Below are positions 59,822 to 64,000 of a stretch of DNA of 64,000 nt, one piece after another. A program made the translations under genes and the position numbers. This stretch comes from Candidatus Daviesbacteria bacterium (GTDB taxonomy: Bacteria; Patescibacteriota; Microgenomatia; Daviesbacterales; UBA10151). The DNA lies in assembly GCA_030648435.1 (NCBI GenBank), contig JAUSHE010000008.1, forward strand, positions 3,449 to 67,448. Direction: 5' to 3'. Positions within the stretch are counted from its first letter, which is position 1. Each line of letters starts with the position of its first letter. The notes beneath the pieces were generated by a model. It worked only from the letters and a program-made list of their open reading frames with translations. It did no database searches and was not told the DNA's origin.

Positions 59822-60828
59822 TATTTGCTAATCAAAGCTAACCATAATCCCAAGATAGCAAACATACCTTGTGCCAACCAAAATCTCATGACGATTTTAG
59901 GCTCTGCCCAACCAATATATTTAAGATACATATGAAAAGGTGCTAAAGGAAAAATTTTCTTCTTAAATATCTTTTTTGAAAAAATCTGAATTAAAGAAGA
60001 AAAAGCAATTATTACAAACATACCACCGATAATGACCAATGCTAAAACTTTACCTGTGAGCAGACCTACAACTGCCAGCGTAGCACCAAAAGCAAAAGCT
60101 CCTGCATCACCTAAAAATATCCTGGCCGGCCAGACATTAAAATAAAGAAAAGCAAACAGTGCCCCAATCCAAATTCCAATAAAAGAAGCCAAGGTTAAAT
60201 CCAATTTTTGTGAGGCAATTGCCAGAAAAGCAAATAAACAGATTAAAAGTAAACCGGCTGATAAACCGTCCAAACCATCAGAAATGTTGTATGCATTGGC
60301 AAAGGATATAATCACAAATGCAGAAAGGGGTATATACCACCAGTTGATGATAAAATTACCCAACCCCCAGATATAGATATTGTTAAGACCACCCATAAAA
60401 TAAAGCATTGCTGCAATCACAAAAGCCAGAATAATCTGAACCAGGAGCATCTTTTTTCTACCCAATCCTAAAAATTTTCCTTTTCTTCTTGTAAGAATAT
60501 ACTTAATATCATCAGCCAAGCCCAACGTCCCAAATGACAACAAAGTAAAAAGCAGAATTTTCAAACTAACTCTATCTACCAGTGGGTTTAAAAAACTCAA
60601 TCCCGCACTTAGCACGATTAATATTAAAACCAGAAGAATTCCTCCCCCCGACGGGGTATTTTCATCAGCTTTCATTAAAACATCATGAATTGGTGTTTCG
60701 GATTTTTTTTCTTCACCCTGATTATTCTCAAAACGCCTTTTGAGAGAAAAAAGTAAATCAATAAACGGCACCATCAGGACAGCAGTTAAAACAAACGATA
60801 ATATCACCAGTCCTAAAAGTTGTGTCAT
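59821..60828 (-). CDS. mraY: phospho-MurNAc-pentapeptide transferase
   Basis: TPSGGG, DD, NAYNISDGLDGL, FLGDAG. Confidence 0.93.
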   Translation of the reverse strand: MTQLLGLVILSFVLTAVLMVPFIDLLFSLKRRFENNQGEEKKSETPIHDVLMKADENTPSGGGILLVLILIVLSAGLSFLNPLVDRVSLKILLFTLLSFGTLGLADDIKYILTRRKGKFLGLGRKKMLLVQIILAFVIAAMLYFMGGLNNIYIWGLGNFIINWWYIPLSAFVIISFANAYNISDGLDGLSAGLLLICLFAFLAIASQKLDLTLASFIGIWIGALFAFLYFNVWPARIFLGDAGAFAFGATLAVVGLLTGKVLALVIIGGMFVIIAFSSLIQIFSKKIFKKKIFPLAPFHMYLKYIGWAEPKIVMRFWLAQGMFAILGLWLALISK

Positions 60829-61958
60829 GTTTTTTTGGCTATTCTTGAAACCACCTCATCTAATCTTACAGATTTTGATCCTTTAATCAGACAAACATCT
60901 CCTTTGCCTAAGGTTTTCAAAAGCCTTGAAACAAGTTGAGAGCTTTGCAGGTCAGATTCCATTTTTTCCTCCCAGAACCCTAAACTTTTAAGTTCTTCGG
61001 CAATAAAACGGGTTTCTCCTTGCCCTAAAAAAACCAGATCAAGCTTTTCTTTATAGATCTTCCGGGCAATTTCCCGGTGCATTACTTCTGAGTTAACACC
61101 CAAATCCCGCATCTCACCCAAAACAACAATTCTCCTTCTGGCCGGCACCGCAAGCAGTGTATCAATTGCCGCTTCAACTTCTACGGGAGAAGTCCCATTG
61201 GTATCATCCAGAATAATGGAGTTATTTGGTCCAAGAAGAGTTTGCATGCAATGCGGAATGCTCTCAAGCGATTCAAGAGCCGGCTTGATCTTAGTTAAAG
61301 GAATCCCCAGTACCACTCCCAGTAAGGATGCCGCCAAGGCCGCATAAACTTCATTGATCCCTAACAGTTTAAAGTTTATTTTTACTCTTTCTACTCCCGA
61401 ATTTAGCTCAAAAGAAGTTCCAAAGTTTTCCACTCCGATATTACCTGCCCAAACAGTACAGTTCTTCGGATCGGTTCCGTAGAATAAAACATTTCCACGG
61501 CATTGTCCGGCTATTTCTTTTAGAGCAAGATCATCCCAATTTACAATCGCCACCCCCTGTTTCCCCAAACTCTCCATTAATTTCTGCTGTTCTGACAAAA
61601 TTTCTCCTACAATACTGGATTCTGTGCCCGGCATATAAGTTGTTTTGGTAAAAAGAGCAATTTTAGGTTTAACTTGTGACAGATAAAAATCCATTTCCCC
61701 TTTGTGTTCCGCTTCCAATTCTAGGATAACTTTTTCTGTTTTAGGATTTATCCGCAGAAGTGTATGGGATATATTATGAACGGGATCTGAATAGGGGTTT
61801 GTAGTAATTGTTTTATATTTTTGGGAACAGACCGCTGCAGCTGCCTCTACACAAGTTGATCTTCCGACAGAACCGGTAATTCCGATAAAAAGATTCGGGG
61901 GATACAATTTTACATATTGTCTTGCCAAATGAGTCTGCAAGGACTGCAAAAACCTCAC
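60825..61958 (-). CDS. murF: Mur ligase MurF-like (divergent)
   Basis: GITGSVGRST, LGEMRDLG...H, IKGS. Confidence 0.82.
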   Translation of the reverse strand: MRFLQSLQTHLARQYVKLYPPNLFIGITGSVGRSTCVEAAAAVCSQKYKTITTNPYSDPVHNISHTLLRINPKTEKVILELEAEHKGEMDFYLSQVKPKIALFTKTTYMPGTESSIVGEILSEQQKLMESLGKQGVAIVNWDDLALKEIAGQCRGNVLFYGTDPKNCTVWAGNIGVENFGTSFELNSGVERVKINFKLLGINEVYAALAASLLGVVLGIPLTKIKPALESLESIPHCMQTLLGPNNSIILDDTNGTSPVEVEAAIDTLLAVPARRRIVVLGEMRDLGVNSEVMHREIARKIYKEKLDLVFLGQGETRFIAEELKSLGFWEEKMESDLQSSQLVSRLLKTLGKGDVCLIKGSKSVRLDEVVSRIAKKT

Positions 61959-63208
61959 ACACCCTCCCTTACAATATCTGCACCCAAAGATTTTAGTTTC
62001 AGTGTAACATCTTCATAGCCTCTTTCAATCAGCTCTGCCTGATTGATAATACTTTTGCCCTTTGCTCCCAGTGCTGCCACCACTAAAGCCATTCCGGCAC
62101 GGATATCGGGGCTTTCCAGGTTTCTGCCTCTTAATCTGCCTGGTCCGCTGACCAAAACCCGGTGAGGATCAGCCAGTGTGATTTTGGCTCCCATTGAAAT
62201 CAGTTTATCCGTAAAAAACATTCTGCCCTCATACATCCAGTCATGGCATAAAGTTATCCCCTGGGATTGCGTTGCCAGAACAATCGCCACACTCATCAGA
62301 TCCGTCGGGAATCCGGGCCAAATATTGGTTGTTAATTTTGAAATTGATCTAAGCTTGGAAGGGTAAACTATAATACTTGCTGCATCTCTCTCCATTCTAA
62401 TTCCGAAATTCCGTAAAGGTACAAGTACGGGATCCAAATCCTCGTCCCTTAAGCCTTCAATCCTAATTTGACCACCGGTAATGGCAGAAGCAATTATGTA
62501 TGTTCCGATCTCTAAATAATCGGCACTGATCCTGTATTTTGTTCCGTTAAGTCTACCCACACCTGTTATTTTTAAGGTATCCCCTCCAGTACCTTCAATT
62601 TTTGCTCCCATCTGAGTAAGCATCCGGCAAAGATCGATGATATGCGGTTCTTTAGCACAGTTCCGGAGTATGATCTGTCCATCTCCTAACACTGAAGCAA
62701 GAACCAGATTCTCGGTGGCTGTAACTGAAGCTTCAGATAGGAAAATATCAGAATTTTTCTTTTGATCCAGCGTTAAAGAATATTTTGAATTATCTTTCTT
62801 AACAGAACCCCCCAATTCCTTAAAAGCTTCCAGATGAGTTTCTATGCTTCTTTTGCCGATAATATCGCCTCCGGGATGATAAAAATTCACCCTATTCAGT
62901 CTGCCTAAAAGAGCACCAACCAATACTATTGAGCCCCGAAGTTTTGTCATTAAATTTTCCGGCAAAGAAAATTTATTGATATCGGATGCCTTAATAACTA
63001 AAGTTGATTTATTTTTCTCTACGGAGATTCCCAGTTTCCTTAAAATCGCTATTAAAACTTCCGTATCTTTTAAATTGGATACATTTTCTAAAATAACCTC
63101 ATCCGAAGTAAGAAGTGCAGCTGCCACACAGGGAAAAACGGAATTTTTGCTTCCGGAAACATTAACTTTACCTTCCAGTTTATGTCCGCCAATAATTTTA
63201 TACTTCAT
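61955..63208 (-). CDS. murA: UDP-GlcNAc enolpyruvyl transferase
   Basis: GSKN, PGGD.IG.R, PGFPTD, DIRAG, RGYE. Confidence 0.96.
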   Translation of the reverse strand: MKYKIIGGHKLEGKVNVSGSKNSVFPCVAAALLTSDEVILENVSNLKDTEVLIAILRKLGISVEKNKSTLVIKASDINKFSLPENLMTKLRGSIVLVGALLGRLNRVNFYHPGGDIIGKRSIETHLEAFKELGGSVKKDNSKYSLTLDQKKNSDIFLSEASVTATENLVLASVLGDGQIILRNCAKEPHIIDLCRMLTQMGAKIEGTGGDTLKITGVGRLNGTKYRISADYLEIGTYIIASAITGGQIRIEGLRDEDLDPVLVPLRNFGIRMERDAASIIVYPSKLRSISKLTTNIWPGFPTDLMSVAIVLATQSQGITLCHDWMYEGRMFFTDKLISMGAKITLADPHRVLVSGPGRLRGRNLESPDIRAGMALVVAALGAKGKSIINQAELIERGYEDVTLKLKSLGADIVREGV

Positions 63209-63217
63209 TTTTTAACA

Positions 63218-63805
63218 TCATATGCCCCGAGCCTTTATCTTAAACACTGCGGATAATATTATATGATTTTTCGGCCGCAAAGATCCAACTTCGATCTTCT
63301 CTATTTCTGAGGCAGAATCTAATACTTTAATACTTTTTGTCCTATTTTGCAAAAAACGGTTAAAGAAAAGGTTGCCACCGATGCTGCCGGGAATACCGGC
63401 AAATTCTACACTTTCCAGTTTTTCCGAATCCAGGTATTCCACCCATTTATTTATACTGACCCCCCCGTCCACCTCTATCATCGCCTCCTCAACATCTATA
63501 CCGGATTTTGTTACCTTACCTTTGACGGAAACCGTCTGAACAACTTTGGTCCGGTTTTTGATAACAATGCCATTAAATCCTAAATCAGAAATGGTAATCT
63601 TACTGCCTGTTCCGAATAAAAAATAAGGTACCGTGAGCCCCCTGCACATGGTGATAATCTTAATCAGTTCTCTTTGGGTAAAAGCAATAAAAAATACTTT
63701 TGCAGGTCCGCCTACTTTTAACGCCGTATAATTACCAATAAGTTCATTAAACTTAAACCTGTCTTTACCGAAAGAGTCAATAATGAGTTTTATTTTGTTA
63801 TCCAT
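63218..63805 (-). CDS. murB: MurB-like FAD-binding protein (C-terminally short)
   Basis: T.LKVGGPA, G.GS, GIPGSIGG; only 195 aa. Confidence 0.8.
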   Translation of the reverse strand: MDNKIKLIIDSFGKDRFKFNELIGNYTALKVGGPAKVFFIAFTQRELIKIITMCRGLTVPYFLFGTGSKITISDLGFNGIVIKNRTKVVQTVSVKGKVTKSGIDVEEAMIEVDGGVSINKWVEYLDSEKLESVEFAGIPGSIGGNLFFNRFLQNRTKSIKVLDSASEIEKIEVGSLRPKNHIILSAVFKIKARGI

Positions 63806-64000
63806 CTATAATTTGTCTTACGGTCTCCGTATCAGACCAGGGGACCTCCGTTTTGCCATCTAAATTCATTGATTTTTCATGCCCTTTGCCAAAAATTCCG
63901 ACAGTATCTCCGCTCTTTGCATTATTGACTGCAAATTCAATCGCTTTTTTCCTATCCGGGATTACAAAAAAGTTTACATCCTTTTTAGCTCCTGCTTTAA
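63798..64000 (-). CDS. murE: MurE ligase, 3' end (partial)
   Basis: Manual translation IPDRKKAIEFA...GD.V...GKGHE. Confidence 0.85.
   Translation of the reverse strand, partial: KAGAKKDVNFFVIPDRKKAIEFAVNNAKSGDTVGIFGKGHEKSMNLDGKTEVPWSDTETVRQIIDG

Overview
A 64 kb AT-rich bacterial chromosome segment, most consistent with a Patescibacteria/CPR (Microgenomates-like) genome using genetic code 11. That assignment is an inference from the compact gene set, the many apparently leaderless genes and the stripped-down dcw cluster. Housekeeping genes include dnaE, gatCAB, obg, rplS/rplU/rpmA, ileS, parB, lepB, a dcw cluster (murE 3' end, murB, murA, murF, mraY, ftsW, murG, ftsQ, ftsA, ftsZ) and rodA. 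There is also a pflB/pflA/acetate-CoA ligase fermentation cluster, a glycosylation cluster and six tRNAs (Lys, Glu, Asp, Thr, Gly, Val). Accessory DNA lies next to three tRNAs: three HEPN-like genes plus an MvaI/BcnI-type RM pair at tRNA-Lys, a decayed serine-recombinase element at tRNA-Thr, and a macro/vWA/nuclease/Cys-repeat island at tRNA-Val. Three observations stand out. (1) A REP-like hairpin family linked to a RAYT gene; its copies sit in frame inside coding genes (including gatA and the RAYT itself), and the hairpin flips relative to fixed-polarity flanks. (2) A NYN RNase cassette with a promoter and a small hairpin RNA, inserted at gatC beside a relic of an older gatC 5' end. (3) A four-helix-bundle gene flanked by inverted short-repeat arrays, with similar micro-repeats in frame in ileS, gatB and murG. 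All product calls come from motif recognition by eye; no searches were run.
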